The translations under genes were made by a program, and so were the position numbers. This document shows, piece by piece, positions 1 to 14,053 of a stretch of 64,000 nt of DNA. The stretch lies in assembly GCA_951406725.2 (NCBI GenBank), contig OX597819.1, positions 69,502,001 through 69,566,000 on the forward strand. Direction: 5' to 3'. The notes under the pieces were generated by a model. That model searched no databases. It saw nothing but the letters and a program-made list of their open reading frames with translations, and was not told the DNA's origin. This stretch comes from Octopus vulgaris. Taxonomy: Eukaryota. Each line of letters starts with the position of its first letter. Position 1 is the stretch's first letter.

Positions 1-120
1 TACCTGCACCAACTTGTTATAAAAGCAGGCAGTAGTGCAAGTTTTGAAGAGTGCAGTTCGATTTTAACAGTTATTTTTTCAAAGTTATAATGGAAGTGAT
101 AAAGGTGCATATTTATTAAT

Positions 121-334
121 TCTTCTCTACTCTAGGCACAAGGCCCGACATTTTAGGGGAGGATTCCAGTCGATTAGATAGACCCCAGTACTTAACTGGT
201 ACTTAATTTATCGACCGCGAAAGGATGAAAGGCAAAGTCAACTTCGGCGGAATTTGAACGCAGAGCGTAAAGACAGACGAAGTACCGCTAAGCATTTCGC
301 CCGGTTTGCTAACGTCTCTGCCAGCTTGCAGCCT
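121..334 (-). mobile_element. tRNA-derived SINE, family A (head GGCGGCGAGCTGGCAGAAACGTTAGC)
   Basis: Reverse complement shows a tRNA-like head, B-box-like GTTCAAATTCC and the body GCCTTTCATCCTTTCG..GTCGATAAATTAAGTACCAG; many copies in this window. Confidence 0.85.
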
Positions 335-1434
335 TTATTTATTTCAATAATTACCACATGGCTGTTTGCCTACACAAGCTCCTTCCCTATTTGTATATTC
401 CTTGTTCAAATGACGCTGTGATGTATTTTTTCACACCATTTTTTAAAGATTTAGTCCAAATTGCTGCCTCTATATATGGTATTGTTTCAAAAGCAGCATC
501 ATTGGTATTCTTATTGTCCAAGTACTGTATTACCAGAATTGGAAGATCATCGCATGAAATGCCTTTGTATATGTGTTCCGGTTCATTACGCATCTAGTTC
601 AAATTCCACCGTGCTGCTCAAGTTTGCTTTTTCCTTCTTCTGTTTTAATATCATTACAAACACGTTATTTAACACTATAACTGTCGCCCGTCCTCGATCT
701 TTCCATTCATTTACCCCCGTTTTCTAACCAATTGCAAGTATATATTTGCATTTCTATTTCTCTTGCTTCACTTCTCATCCTATAGGAAATCCTACAATTT
801 TAAATATATAATTTTCATCTCTGTTATGGTTCCATCTTGACACCAAGCCTCTATTTCATTACCAATGTCTGTAACATCTGACAATACCGTAATCATCTGC
901 AACCATTCTTTTATTGAGAGTAATGTTTCTTGATGTTTTCTACGTACAATTCAGCATCCCTTCCATTAACTGTATATTTTTGCAATAGTGACATATTTCG
1001 TTTCTATTCTTTTACGTGACACCTTTCAACATTTACACATTCCATTATTAAATCTTTCGTCTGTTTTGCCCCACAACCAACAGTCGCTATCTTACGAGCT
1101 TCACTAATATTTTTACTTTCATATGCTTTTATTTGTATAATATTTCTTCTTTTCCATTATCCGCATTTTTAGTCTTCCATTCTCAACCAATCACAAAACT
1201 TTTCTTTATTTTCGCAACACAAACTGATCATGTAACACGTTTGTTTGCAGTCTTACGTGTTTCCTATTCTTTTTTTATCTATTCTAATCCCTTTCTGATA
1301 ATATGTGTTCGTCACTGATCTTATTCGCTGCGCACATAAGTTTTTTTCTAATTTATTACCACGATTCTCTTTTCTCCTATTATTCACCATTCTAATCTAT
1401 ACGCTACATTAAAATTCCACCGGCATCTATATTT

Positions 1435-1841
1435 TCTTTTCTACTCTATGCACAAGGCTCGAAATTTTGGGGGACGGGGCCAGACGATGAGGTTGACCCT
1501 GGGACGTAGTTTATCGACCCCGAAAGAATGAAAGACAAAGTCGACCTCGGCGGAATTTGAACTCAGAAAAAGAAAGCAAATGAAATGAAGGTAGCGGCAG
1601 ACGAAATACCTATTTCTTTACTACCCACAAGGGTTTAAACACAGAGGGGACAAACAAGGACAGACAAACGGATTAAGTCGATTATATCGACCCCAGTGCG
1701 TAACTGATACTTAATTTATCGACCCTGAAATGATGAAAGGCAAAGTCGACCTCGGCGGAATTTGAACTCAGAAGTAACGGCAGACGAAATACGGCTACGC
1801 ATTTTGCCCGGCGTGCTAACGTTTCTGCCAGCTCGCCGCCT
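1435..1841 (-). mobile_element. SINE family A, dimeric arrangement (full copy plus partial second unit)
   Basis: Two GTCGACCTCGGCGGAATTTGAACTCAGAA blocks; same dimer layout at 15281-15655. Confidence 0.85.
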
Positions 1842-1870
1842 TCTAACTACATCTATATTTTCTAGACATA

Positions 1871-2035
1871 GGTGCAGGCATGTTTGCGTGATAAATTAGC
1901 TTGCTTTGAAACCGCATGGTCTTAGGTTCGATCCCGCTTCGCGGCATTTTGGGCACACGTCAACGTCTCCTACTATAGCTACGCGCTTAATCCATCGTGA
2001 GTGAAATTGTTAGGCATAAATTTTGTAAGGCAGTC

Positions 2036-2076
<41 letters not shown>

Positions 2077-2368
2077 TATATATATACATACATGTGTTTC
2101 TGTGTGTGAGTGTGTGCACGTGTGAATGTGTGTTTGAATGTGTGTGTGTGTGTGTGTGCCTTTATGCTTGTGTTTGTCTCTTATCACCGATTGGCAACCG
2201 GCATTAGCTTATTTACATTCATGTAACTTAACACTTTTGGAAACTGAGTCCGACGGAATATGGTGCAAGCATACAAAATATGCGCTAGGGTTGATTTGCT
2301 CGACTAAACCCATCAAGACCGTGGCCCGCCATCGAAACAGTGTAATGATTAAATCAAGAAAAAAGAGT
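1871..2368 (+). mobile_element. tRNA-derived SINE, family B (diverged), with internal TA/TG microsatellite
   Basis: Alignable by eye to the copy at 10843-11260 (GGCGCAGGAG..GGGCAAGTGTC..GTCAAATGACTGAAAC). Confidence 0.7.
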
Positions 2369-3101
2369 AAACTAGCAAAGACACTGCCTGTTATTATTTA
2401 CATTGTGATTATAAGTCATTCCTCAAAACTACCAACAGCCAGAAGGGCTAAACTGCGCTCTCGTACAAAGTTTAGTTTCTCTAGTCCAAAAAGGGGAAAA
2501 ACCATGTTTTCAAAGCGAATTTTGTATCATGAGGTCACTGAAAAGAAATCTCTCTTTATGAATTCAAAAAGGTATGCGGGTCGTATGCATTTTTATGGAT
2601 TATTCTTCTCTCGACCAAGTAAATGTTGTACTGCCTACTCCCGCTCATATATGTTATATGTCGAACCAGCAGTTTCCAGAAATAATACATTTCTAAATCT
2701 CTTAGAGAAATTTATGCGGTATCAGCACGATAAAGTGATACTATGTCGTCAACTTAATGTGTCAGTCCGGTGAAAGGGAAGAATGCTACTGTTATTTACC
2801 CCTACTAAACACCGTTTCTCGTTGGATTTCACACATTAACTGTGTCCACTTTGAAAACATAAGGACACTGGAAATGTGTCAAGTCCAACAGGAAACGTAT
2901 TTCCAAGGGCTAAATAACGGTGGCTTTCTTCCCTTTCATATGACAGTCACATTAAGTTCACGACATAATATCACTTTACAGCAGTTTCTAGTTGAGCTTG
3001 TACGGCATTTCTTCTTCTTTTAAATCGCCATATATGATGATGATGATGACAATGATAGTGATGAGGATGATGAGGATGATGATGACGTCGACGACAACCA
3101 C

Positions 3102-3132
<31 letters not shown>

Positions 3133-3544
3133 TTTAGAAAGAGGTAACAAATGACGTCAGACAGACGATGGCTGAGTGACAGTAAGAAGCTTGATAAGAT
3201 AAGATATGTCGGTTAACTCAAAGTGAGAAAAAGACCGACTAAACAAACAGTTGTTGTAAAACGAAGCTGGGTGAACATTGTGACTAAATCGACAAAAATA
3301 ACCGGAGCAACAACAAATGTCTGTTTATATAGACATCGTTTCAGAAATAGAGATTCATATCTCGCTGTTTTCTTATGATCTGACCTTGTCGAAACGATTT
3401 TGTCTAACGTATATGTAAACATTTACGCTAATAGGTAAGTTAATATATGTTTCAAACTTAGATACAGGCATATACATTATACAGCGTTTATATATAAATG
3501 TATATGTATGTATTAAACAAATATGTAAATCAAATATACTTCAC

Positions 3545-4275
<731 letters not shown>

Positions 4276-4299
4276 CATACGTGCATACATGCACCAGAT

Positions 4300-5035
4300 T
4301 TCTATCGTTGAATCAGTCTTCTGCTTTAGACATCTAAACCGATTAGAGACCCCGATGAAGGTAGATCTTGCCAATCCGCTCCACGATCTATCACTCGAGG
4401 TTTGTGGTAGAGATAATTGTGTACAGACCCTCCGGGGGTCATACAAGTTAGTACATCTCCGGCTAAACTACTGTCAACAATCACAAACCAGTTGTTAAGC
4501 TACTTACCAAATTTAACTCTGCATTGTGCAGATTTATTAATCACAACTTTTTTATTGTATCTCTTGCCCTTGTTTGAGATCTCCTTCATCCCTGCACCAA
4601 ATCCATGGGTCACACAATTTTGCCAAATGCAACAGATAGCTGCCAATACAGTAGTAAACATGTCTCGGATATAACCATAATTTTGCTGAGCAGAGAAAAT
4701 TGTCCCGGCGATTAGCCCAAAATATGATTGGTTTTCTTTGCATTAGAGTAACGTCTTACCATCCAGGTAAGAATCAAAATGAACCGCTTCGTTTTTGTGA
4801 CATCGGGAAGCTGCACACGGCTGTGTGGGATTTCCTAGCATGCATCCAGAATTATCAATAAAAGATCAAAGTCTGGGTTCACCCTCACGCTACAATCCCG
4901 TTATCTACCTTGATCGAACGGCATTCATTAATCCGTATTGCGGAGGGTGCACCCGAGCACGATGAAAGAAGCAAGGGCATCCTATTATTCCAGCAGCAAA
5001 TGCATCGGAAAGCCGAGTCGTTTAAAAATACTCAA
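4300..5035 (-). mobile_element. Highly degenerate CR1/L2-like LINE RT C-terminal remnant
   Basis: Broken minus-strand peptides (KKTNHILG/LI..., PW..CRD..DL) resemble the post-RT region of CR1/L2 ORF2; weak. Confidence 0.3.
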
Positions 5036-5148
5036 ATCGTTTTGCTTCTTTTTTAACTTCTTAATCCTGAATTGACCCATCTTTGATAAACCCAGAGACC
5101 AAAGCCTTGTGAGTGGATTTGGTAGTCGGAAACTGGAAGAAGCCCGTC

Positions 5149-5238
<90 letters not shown>

Positions 5239-5333
5239 ATACACTTCTAATACTAGATAATTTTTTTTTCAAAAATTTCATCAAGTGGCCAGCATATTAA
5301 AATACCTTCAAAAGTGAAAATTATAAACACTTG

Positions 5334-5394
5334 TTCTCTACTGATGAGGGGGAAATCCGTTGAGTTAATCCCGAAATTGATTCAATATAGAGAA
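5334..5394 (+). ncRNA. Type I hammerhead ribozyme motif, complete core
   Basis: Stem I TTCTCTA(5334-40)/TAGAGAA(5388-94); CTGATGA 5341-47; stem II GGG/CCC; GAAA 5373-76; stem III TTG/CAA plus A-U; NUH=ATA (5385-87). Confidence 0.75.
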
Positions 5395-5548
5395 AATGCA
5401 TTAATTAAAAAAATTCTGTTAGCTTGCTTTCTTTAATTCAGCACGATGTGTATTCATAGAGATGTATATTATATGTGGCGACTGACGATTTAGTGTCTGT
5501 TTCTCAGCATATTGGCATAGGAAATGCTTTTTCGTTTGCTTTTATTCA

Positions 5549-5645
<97 letters not shown>

Positions 5646-6267
5646 TTTTACATAGACACACATGTACATATATACACAAGGTCCCCACCTTGCGGTGGTT
5701 TTGATGTCTGTGTGCGTCAAGTTGGTTGCCTGTTGTTTTCTTTGTGTTTCAGTTGGTGGATAATTCTGTATATTTGCACGCTCTACATATCTAAAGGCTC
5801 TCAGCAGTGTTTTAGTATTTCATTTGTAATTGTATCACACACTTTTGCTTTGCATTTTTTCTTTCTTTTTTGTTTCTTTCCGCTTGTTTTTTTTTTATTA
5901 TTTTATTTCTTAATTTCTATCTTTATTCCTACCTCAACCGTTCTACATTATTAGTTTGTTGTTATTAAGTGTCTTTTAATTATATTTCCCGTCTCTCCCT
6001 CCCTTCTTTCTACGTCGGAAACATTTCAACTAGCAACTACACCTACCCACGTGCACATACACTCACAAATATACACACACACATATATATACACACATGT
6101 ACTCTCATACAAACTTTTACTCGCCCATGTATACTCATTCTAACAAGTTCCTAAAACATATTTTACGGGGATTATTATATACAGCTTGGGTATTGATCCC
6201 GTTTCTCTACTCATTACTTCAGACACGCCTTCATTTCATCTTCTTCTATACATACATACATATATAC

Positions 6268-6298
<31 letters not shown>

Positions 6299-6417
6299 TG
6301 TATGTATGTATGTATGTATGTATGTATGTATGTATGTGTGTGTGTGTGTGTGTGTATGTGTGTGTATGTATGCGTGTACATAAACACATACATGCATGCA
6401 TATATCTATATATGCAT

Positions 6418-6620
6418 ATTCTTTTATTTGTTTCAGTCATTTGTCTGCTTCCATGCTGGACCACCGCCTTCAGTCGAACAACTCGACCCCAGGATTTATT
6501 CTTTGTAAGCCAAGTACTTGTTCTCTCGGTCTCTTTTGCCTAACCGCTAGGTTACGGGTATGTAAGTAAACGCTCCAACATCGGTTGTAAAGGGATGGTG
6601 GAGGGACAAACAAACACTCA
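6418..6620 (-). mobile_element. SINE family B, 3' half
   Basis: TTTGTTTCAGTCATTTG...CCATGCTGGA..ACCGCCTT..GTCGA..CGACCCCAGGA is the reverse complement of the family B tail. Confidence 0.8.
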
Positions 6621-6799
6621 AACACATACACATCTCTCTCTCTCTCTCTCTCTCTTGATATATATATATATATAGTTAATCCAAACAAGAAAACACAAAA
6701 ACACACAACAACGATATATATTAGTAACAGGAAAGAAGGAATTTCGATTATCCCCACGTGGTGAGTTGTAATATATATATAAGAAATCTAAAAAGGAAA

Positions 6800-8505
6800 A
6801 TACACACAGTGTTCATATTTTTTATATATTTTTTATATATTGACCGGTTTCGCTTTCGCTCTTCATGATATTAAGGTTTACTTATTTGAATATGTATTTC
6901 TCAAGAAGAAATTTTGTCCATGTAGTGTGTGATGATATTTACGAGTGAATGACTTCACAAGTAGAAAAATAAGGGGAGATAATTGGTTATCGTTATTATT
7001 GTTATTTTTGTAGGCAAGGGGGATAGCTGTTCAGCTTTCCGTAAGGGGAGGAGTATGAATATATATATACACACAAAAAAATAATAAAGAGAGAGGGGTT
7101 TCGAAAAACTTGTTTAGTGGGAGAATTTATGTACAGTAATGTAATCGTGAACTCAAATATGTAAAAAAATAAAAGTTGGTTATGCGTGCATCTTAAGAGG
7201 TGTTCAGTATTTTTCAATGAAAAACGTTTCTTTATATAAACGTTCTTGTGTGGAAATTGTGTGTTTGTAGAAGAGGAAGGCTGTGACATTTAGTTTGATG
7301 CTATCTACACATTTTTCTATATGTTCACTGAGATGAATTTGCCTGTATTGCGGGAAATAGATTTGCCCTTTATGCAGAGTGGTTCTCCGTCTCAAAGGCA
7401 TACTTGTCTGTCCAAAATAGTTGTCCACAACTCGAGCAGGTTATTACATAAATTAGGTTATCAGAGGCACAAATGAAACTAGTTTTAATTGTGAATCTCT
7501 CTCCTTGTTTGTAACAGAAATTCGAGCTTTCATGTATGTTGGGACAGGTTCCACAGATTGGGCGTCCACATTTTTTAACCGTTGGTTACGTGGTTGTTTT
7601 GTAAAGCTTCGCATTCGTTAGCAGTCTCTTTAGCGATTTGTGTTACTTTTGGCATTTGATGAGTTTGTGCGTTTTCAGGATGTCGTTCAATTTTGGATCT
7701 GTAGTTAGTAAAGGAAGATTTTGCACAATAGTGTTGAGTGCCTCAGTTTCTGGGGTTGTGTGTTGATATAAATAGTAGTGTTTGTGATGAGGTGTGGTGT
7801 TATGTTTTGTTGTTCTTAGTGTTTTCATGTCTAATTTTTTGGCACGTTTACTTCCCTCGTCTATAAGTGAGGGTGGATATTGTCTTTCAGTAAGCCTCGT
7901 TTTGAGGTATTGAAGACGAAGGTCTCGAGTTGTTCTATCAGACAGGTTCGCAAGAACAGGGGCTGCTTTCGTTCCCTTCGCAATTCCGCATTCTGACGAT
8001 ACTATGTGTCATCAAATAGGAAATAATTTTTCTGATGTATAAATTTTAAAGGTTCAATAATAAAGATCTGATTTATGCGTTCCGGGAGTACTTCGGGGTA
8101 CTTTTCCAACCAGAATTTAATTGCTTTTATTCCATAGTCGTGGGGGATGTTGGTGTAACGATTGATAACATCGAGGGTAACCAATATTGCCTCTTCATCA
8201 ATTGTTTTTGTTAGGTATTCTAGCATGTCTACATCGTCTCTAATGAAACTGTTGATGTATTTTAGCAAGGGTTTCAGTAGGATGTCTAAAAAATTGCTTA
8301 TATGTTAGGTGGTGGGTTTCACAGGCTGGCCCAGCTACAATGGGTCTTAAAGTTAATTCTTCTGGCGTTTGGATATTTATGCATTTGCCTGGTTATTGTT
8401 TGCAGGCTTCATTGATTATCTTGCTCTTGCGTATTTTAGAAAGGCCGTAAAAAAGACTTGGTTTACATTTGAAGTTCGTGATGTAGTCTGTTTCTTTTTC
8501 TAAAT
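6800..8505 (-). mobile_element. Degenerate Penelope-like element (RT + GIY-YIG endonuclease) with internal deletion and HHR-like motif at its 3' end
   Basis: Minus-strand peptides LRPIVAGPACETH, LVTLDVINRYTNIPH, GIAKGTKAAPVLANL (RT); CGRPICGTCP, NLIYVITCSSCG, YFGQTS..LRRR..H..LSEHIEKC (GIY-YIG); frameshifts; the YxDD segment appears deleted near 7945. Confidence 0.9.
6838..6872 (-). ncRNA. Minimal type I HHR-like motif (C3 to A) in the Penelope terminal region
   Basis: Reverse complement AATATC-ATGAAGA-GC GAAA GC-GAAA-CCGG-TC-AATAT; palindromic CCGG loop, GUC triplet, imperfect stem I. Confidence 0.55.
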
Positions 8506-8535
8506 CGACTCACAAGGCAGTCATCGGCCCAAGAC

Positions 8536-8860
8536 GCGAAATTTTTCCCACGAGATATCCAGACCCCAGTTATGAACTGATTTGCAATGTGTATTTATAA
8601 AACCTTCGATCAGATTCTGTGCTTTCATATTCGTCAAAAACATTATTTTTGATTGCTATAGTAATTCAGACTTACCGCTAACAAGCGTATGTGTTCAGTA
8701 TCGATGAGAGCACAATACAAGATTCGTATGACAATCAGAGGTCACCATTTTGAATGCCAATCTTTGTTAATTTGATAGCAAGGTCAAGGTACGCTCGGAT
8801 TGGCTGTATGCAAATGACTTCGTTACTGGGGTCCGGAACTCCCGTGAGAAAAAAATTCGC
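8536..8860. mobile_element. MITE-like element with ~55-bp imperfect inverted repeats
   Basis: GCGAAATTTTTCCCACGAGATATCCAGACCCCAGTTATGAACTGATTTGCA (8536-8586) matches the reverse complement of 8809-8860. Confidence 0.55.
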
Positions 8861-9713
8861 TGCCGGTACTATATTTGAAAACACTTTACAAAATGCGCAA
8901 ATGTCCGTTTTTAAAGCGTGGTTCTTACAGAGCCATGTTCGCATCTAAATCTGTAGTAGGAGTATTTGCATATAAAAATCGAACCCAGTACCTGATGGTA
9001 AATAGGAGCGGACTTCATACGCCTTTCTTATTCACCACAATTGGATAGCTTCTCAATAAATCTTGCATACAAGAAATTTGTATAGACACACTGACATACC
9101 ATACATAGTTCAGGAGAAAATATCTGCGAATAAACGTCAGCATTCTCCCGCATACACACAGACAGGCGCGTGCAGACACACAACATAATTGCCATTAGAC
9201 AAGTATTAGACAGAAATATATAACTCATACACACACACACATACATACTTTCTGTAGGTTTTTTTATTCTAATAACTTAAGCCAATTTCCTTCCAGCTTT
9301 CCTCTCTATATTACTCTCTGCTATATTCTTTCACACTCTCTTAGATTCTCTCTCTTCTTTATTTTGTTTCACGCACAGTCTGTGTTAATTGTGTTTATTT
9401 TCCTTTACAGTTTTAACATAGAACCATAGTAGCACCTGCTCTCCCCACTCTCTCTCGTTCCCTCTCTCTCACACAGGCGCGCGCGCGAGAATGCGCTACA
9501 CTTGCAGACTTCTTAGATGTATAATGAAAAATAAATTTTCATTGGTTATTCTATTTTTGGCTAATGTATACTTTTGCAAAGGAGAGAAGCCTTGATAGAA
9601 AACTATTCTTTGTTCTGTATATCTTTTTTTAATATCTATTAAACGACATGTCTCTACTTTTCTATTTTGATAATTTAATTATTTTTTAAATTTAATTTCG
9701 GCATTTATTCTTT

Positions 9714-9798
<85 letters not shown>

Positions 9799-10330
9799 TC
9801 TTCACAGACAGCTGTGTCTCGGAAATTTCGTTTCCTACATCGATGTGAAATGATCCAGATTATTCCTGATCATAGGCAAGAAAAATATTGGTCGGTTGCT
9901 TCCACATTACATTCTATAGAAAATCGCGAAAAAACTAAAAGAAAAAAGGTATAGGTTCGGGAATAGTAGATGCTGAGATGTAAGCCTACCCCTAATTTGT
10001 TTCTTTCTTTTGGCATAGAAAATAAAAACGCTTTGTATATATTCTGCAGTCTTCGTCGCCAAAACGAACGAGTGTAAAAATATAGTTGGACATTGCTTTT
10101 CCATTGGGAATAGTAATGTGCAGTCTTTATTTAATAATCTGTTATTGATTTGATTCAACTTTCTTACTTTGACTCAGGTGTCGATAAGGTAATACTCATG
10201 TTTTTACAGTGGTCCGGGAACAAAATTTGCTTAGGTGGTGCAAACTCAGGTCTAAATTTTTTTACAAAAGAAGTGGATCTTTTCAATGTTAACATTAAAA
10301 CAAACGCAGGTATAATAATTTTTTTACTAT

Positions 10331-10670
10331 TATGTGGGTCTGTTGAAATGTTCATAGTTTGAGCAAGGCTCTCTCATGGAATGTTACCATATGAAGTTCA
10401 TTTTTTAAACATAGTTCCTCACACTGTCTACACACTCCCATAAGTAGTTGTAGTACTTGGATCACACACGTGAAGAAGCTATCCTGTAGGTCGAAATAGT
10501 CATCAACAGCACATAAGACGTCGTCATCACAGTGACACTGGTGCCAAGCCGAGTGTCTTTTCATGTTGGGAAGCAGCTGATAATCAGATGGAACCAAGTC
10601 ATTAACATAGAGAGAGTGATCAACCTGTTCAAAGCCAGTCACGTACAGCAGCCATCGAAACCAAGGACTT
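10331..10670 (-). mobile_element. mariner transposase C-terminal remnant with degraded TIR
   Basis: GFEQVDHSLYVNDLVPSDYQLLPNMK..DDDVLCAVDDYF matches the mariner HPPYSPDLAPSDY(H)LF motif; TA plus TIR-like sequence at 10331. Confidence 0.8.
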
Positions 10671-10842
10671 GTATGCTGAACCATTGTCCCAATGAAGCAA
10701 AACCCCGTTCATCAGTTATTCTAGGCGCTTGATCATGATAGCCTTTTGTAACAGCCTTAGCAATTTGGCATTTAACTTTCCATTGATGGTGTGATCATTT
10801 AGTCAAGAAAAGCAATATTTTTTGCATTAACATATAGTATAT

Positions 10843-11260
10843 AGGCGCAGGAGAGGCTGTGTGGTAAGTAGCTTGCTTACCAACCACATGGTTCTGGGTT
10901 CAGTCCCACTGCGTGGAACCTTGGGCAAGTGTCGTCTACTATAGCCTCAGGCCGACCAAAGCCTTGTGAGTGGATTTGGTAGACGGAAACTGGAAGAAGC
11001 TTGTCGTATATATGTATATATATGTGTATGTGTGTGTATATGTTTGTGTGTCTGTGTTTGTCACCCCCAATATCGCTTGACAACCGATGCTGGTGTGTTT
11101 AGGTCCCCGTAACTTAGCGGTTCGACCTAAGAGACCGATAGAATAAGTACTAGGCTTACAAAGAATAAGTCCTGGGGTCGATTTGCTCGACTAAAGGCGG
11201 TGTTCCAGCATGGCCACAGTCAAATGACTGAAATAAGTAAGAGTAAAAGAGTAAAAGAGC
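10843..11260 (+). mobile_element. SINE family B, full length (tRNA head plus CORE-like ACCTTGGGCAAGTG segment)
   Basis: A-box-like GGCTGTGTGG, B-box-like GGTTCAGTCCC, internal (TA)/(TG) tract, (AAAGAGT)n tail. Confidence 0.9.
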
Positions 11261-11299
11261 ATATGTAATAATGTAAAGTATATTTTGTATATTAAAATT

Positions 11300-11560
11300 C
11301 TTTTATCATTTTATTTGTTTCAGTATTTGAATACGACCATGCTGGAGCACCGCTTTTATTCGAATAAATCGACCCCAGGGCTTATTCTTTGTAAGCCTAG
11401 TATTTATTCTATCAGTTTCTTCTACCGAACCACTAAGTTACGGGGACGTAAACACACCAACATCAGTAGTCAAGTGATGCTGGGGGTACAAACACACACA
11501 CGCGCGCAAACACACACACACACTCACACACACACACACACTCACACACACAATATACAT

Positions 11561-11645
<85 letters not shown>

Positions 11646-11649
11646 TGTG

Positions 11650-11685
<36 letters not shown>

Positions 11686-11820
11686 GGACTTCTTTCAGTT
11701 TCTTTCTACCAAATCCATTCACAGGGACAGTGCTCTAGTTGGCCCAAGGTGTCACGCAGTGGGACTGAACCTGGAGCCATGTGGTTGGTAAGCAAGCTTC
11801 TCACCACACAGCCACGCGCC
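11300..11820 (-). mobile_element. SINE family B, tail-to-tail with the previous copy
   Basis: Reverse complement of family B head and tail. Confidence 0.88.
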
Positions 11821-11828
11821 TATATATA

Positions 11829-11870
<42 letters not shown>

Positions 11871-11931
11871 GTTCCTAGCACATATTTCGCCTTAATGTAC
11901 TGATATATGAAAAATATATGGCTTGTGCTAG

Positions 11932-12026
<95 letters not shown>

Positions 12027-12565
12027 TATCACTAGTGGAAATATATCTAAATGTAGGCAAGATATTTGAAGTACTTATACATTTCTTGATGGTTTGTACA
12101 TAGAAGTATGAAAAAAATATTTGAAAAATAATTTGTAAACATTGATAAAAATCTTGATGGCCAGTCAGATCTACCTAAAGATTTCTCAGGTGGTTTTCTT
12201 GCATTTTATGTCATACTTTGTTATGAATGTAATAAATATTTTCTTTCCAATTCGACGGAGAGCTCTCCTTTCCTCAATACGATGCTAGTATTCCCTTATA
12301 TCATCATATGATGCAGCTGGACACATCATCGGTGATACTTTCTGAAGTTATTAGGTGTTTGGTATCTTTCACCCTCACTCTGGTTACAAGACCCAGGCTG
12401 ATCAAGACTCATGTTTTGTTCAGTAATCCACTATCTCGTAGTAGCACATGCCCTTCTGGGATTCACATCAATTGTTTCACAGCCACCTCGAAGCAACCTC
12501 CGCTGCCTCCAAATCCAACGTGAAGGCCCTTTCGCCTACTGGACCCTTTCATGATAAGCAAGTTA

Positions 12566-12776
12566 TTCTTTTCTACTCTAGGAACAAGACCAGCAATTTT
12601 AGGAAAGAGGACTAGTAAACTAGATTGACCCCAGTACGCAACTGGTACTTAATTTATTGACACCGAAACGATGAAAGGCAAAGTCGACCTCGGTGGAATT
12701 TGAACTTAGAACGTAAAGACAAACGAAATACCGCTAAGCATTTCGCCCGGCGTGCTAACGTTTCTGCCAGCTCGCG
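12566..12776 (-). mobile_element. SINE family A
   Basis: Matches 121-334. Confidence 0.88.
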
Positions 12777-13009
12777 GACTTTTAAAGGAGGTTATTAACC
12801 CTGCAGAGGAACTGGCCAGCAAACCCTCTATATCCCACCATGATGAGATCATACCTTGCTACTCAGGAATTGTCTTGGCATGGCTCCATTAGTTCAGCAT
12901 ATTTCCTTTCTCTTATTCTAATTTCCAACCTCGATACGGCCTACCCTGGAAGTGAAGTGTTCTAACAAAACCACCTATTTCGATGCTTTTGTCTTTTGAC
13001 ATCAAGGCA

Positions 13010-13345
13010 TTGAATGGCACTCCGTCGCTTACGACGACGAGCGTTCCAGCTGATCCGAACAACGGAACAGCCTGATCATGAAATTAATGTGCAAGGAGTT
13101 GAGCACACCATAGACATGCCTACCCTTACCGTAGTCTTAATGGGGATTCAGCGTGACAGAGAATGTGGTAAGGCTGGCCCTTTGAAATACGGGTACAATT
13201 CATTCTTGCCAGCTGAGTGAACTTGAGCAAAGTGACATAAAATATTTTACTCAAGAACACAACGTGCCGCCGGGAATCGAACACATGACTTTGTTAACAA
13301 AAATCTCTGTTATCGAACACACTAACCAGTAAGCCACGAGCTTCC
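13010..13345 (-). mobile_element. tRNA-derived SINE, family C (body GTGTCCTTGAGCAA..CTCCAGTCCACTCAGCTGGCAAAAATGAG)
   Basis: Reverse complement has A/B-box-like motifs; shares sequence with copies at 30815, 41707 and 49262. Confidence 0.75.
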
Positions 13346-14053
13346 TGAAACCAACATCAGCCGTAGTTAAAAATATTTGTGACTTTGTCAGTCAATGTGT
13401 CATTCATGAACTGTCACCGTGTTTGTATATTAACGAATTTTAGTGAATAACGCTTTGGGCAGGTTACCTATGAAATTTGAAAGAATATTGAAATTATATT
13501 GATTAAAAAATGAAGTTACTAAAAATAGGCGCAGAAAATTGAACATGCCTCTTTCTGTAATTATATTACGAAGAAAACTTAGAAGGAAATAGAATTTTCA
13601 GCAAGCCTTCATCCGTTTGCAAATGATGACTAGCTAAATAATAATGAGTTTATTTCTCTTAGGAAACTGTAACTTAAGAATGAAAGAGATGCGTAATGCT
13701 AGAAGATGATGGACACAATTGAGACTCCCATCGTAGATCTCTGATAGAAGAATTCATTGCAGAGAAACGTGGGGGCGGGGTGAGGCAGTGGTACAAAATT
13801 TGGGACACACACTTGTGGTGACGTGGTCATAACTGTATCGTACCCGTAGTCCTTACACTATAGTCTTATACATACATACATACGTACATGCATACATTCA
13901 TACATTCATACATATATACATACATACACACATGTGTATGTACGCGCGCACATGTGTGTATCTCATTGAGAAGATGTGTCAAGACATAAATAACCCATAT
14001 TGACCTAACTTTAATATGGACAGTATGATAACAAACATTTCCTTCGTTTTTAA

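Noticed and set aside
810-910. Minus-strand VADD peptide suggesting an RT remnant
   Set aside because: Single short motif with no convincing flanking RT motifs
2138-2773. 211-aa ORF
   Set aside because: Begins in a (TG)n tract, runs through a SINE B tail, no recognisable motifs
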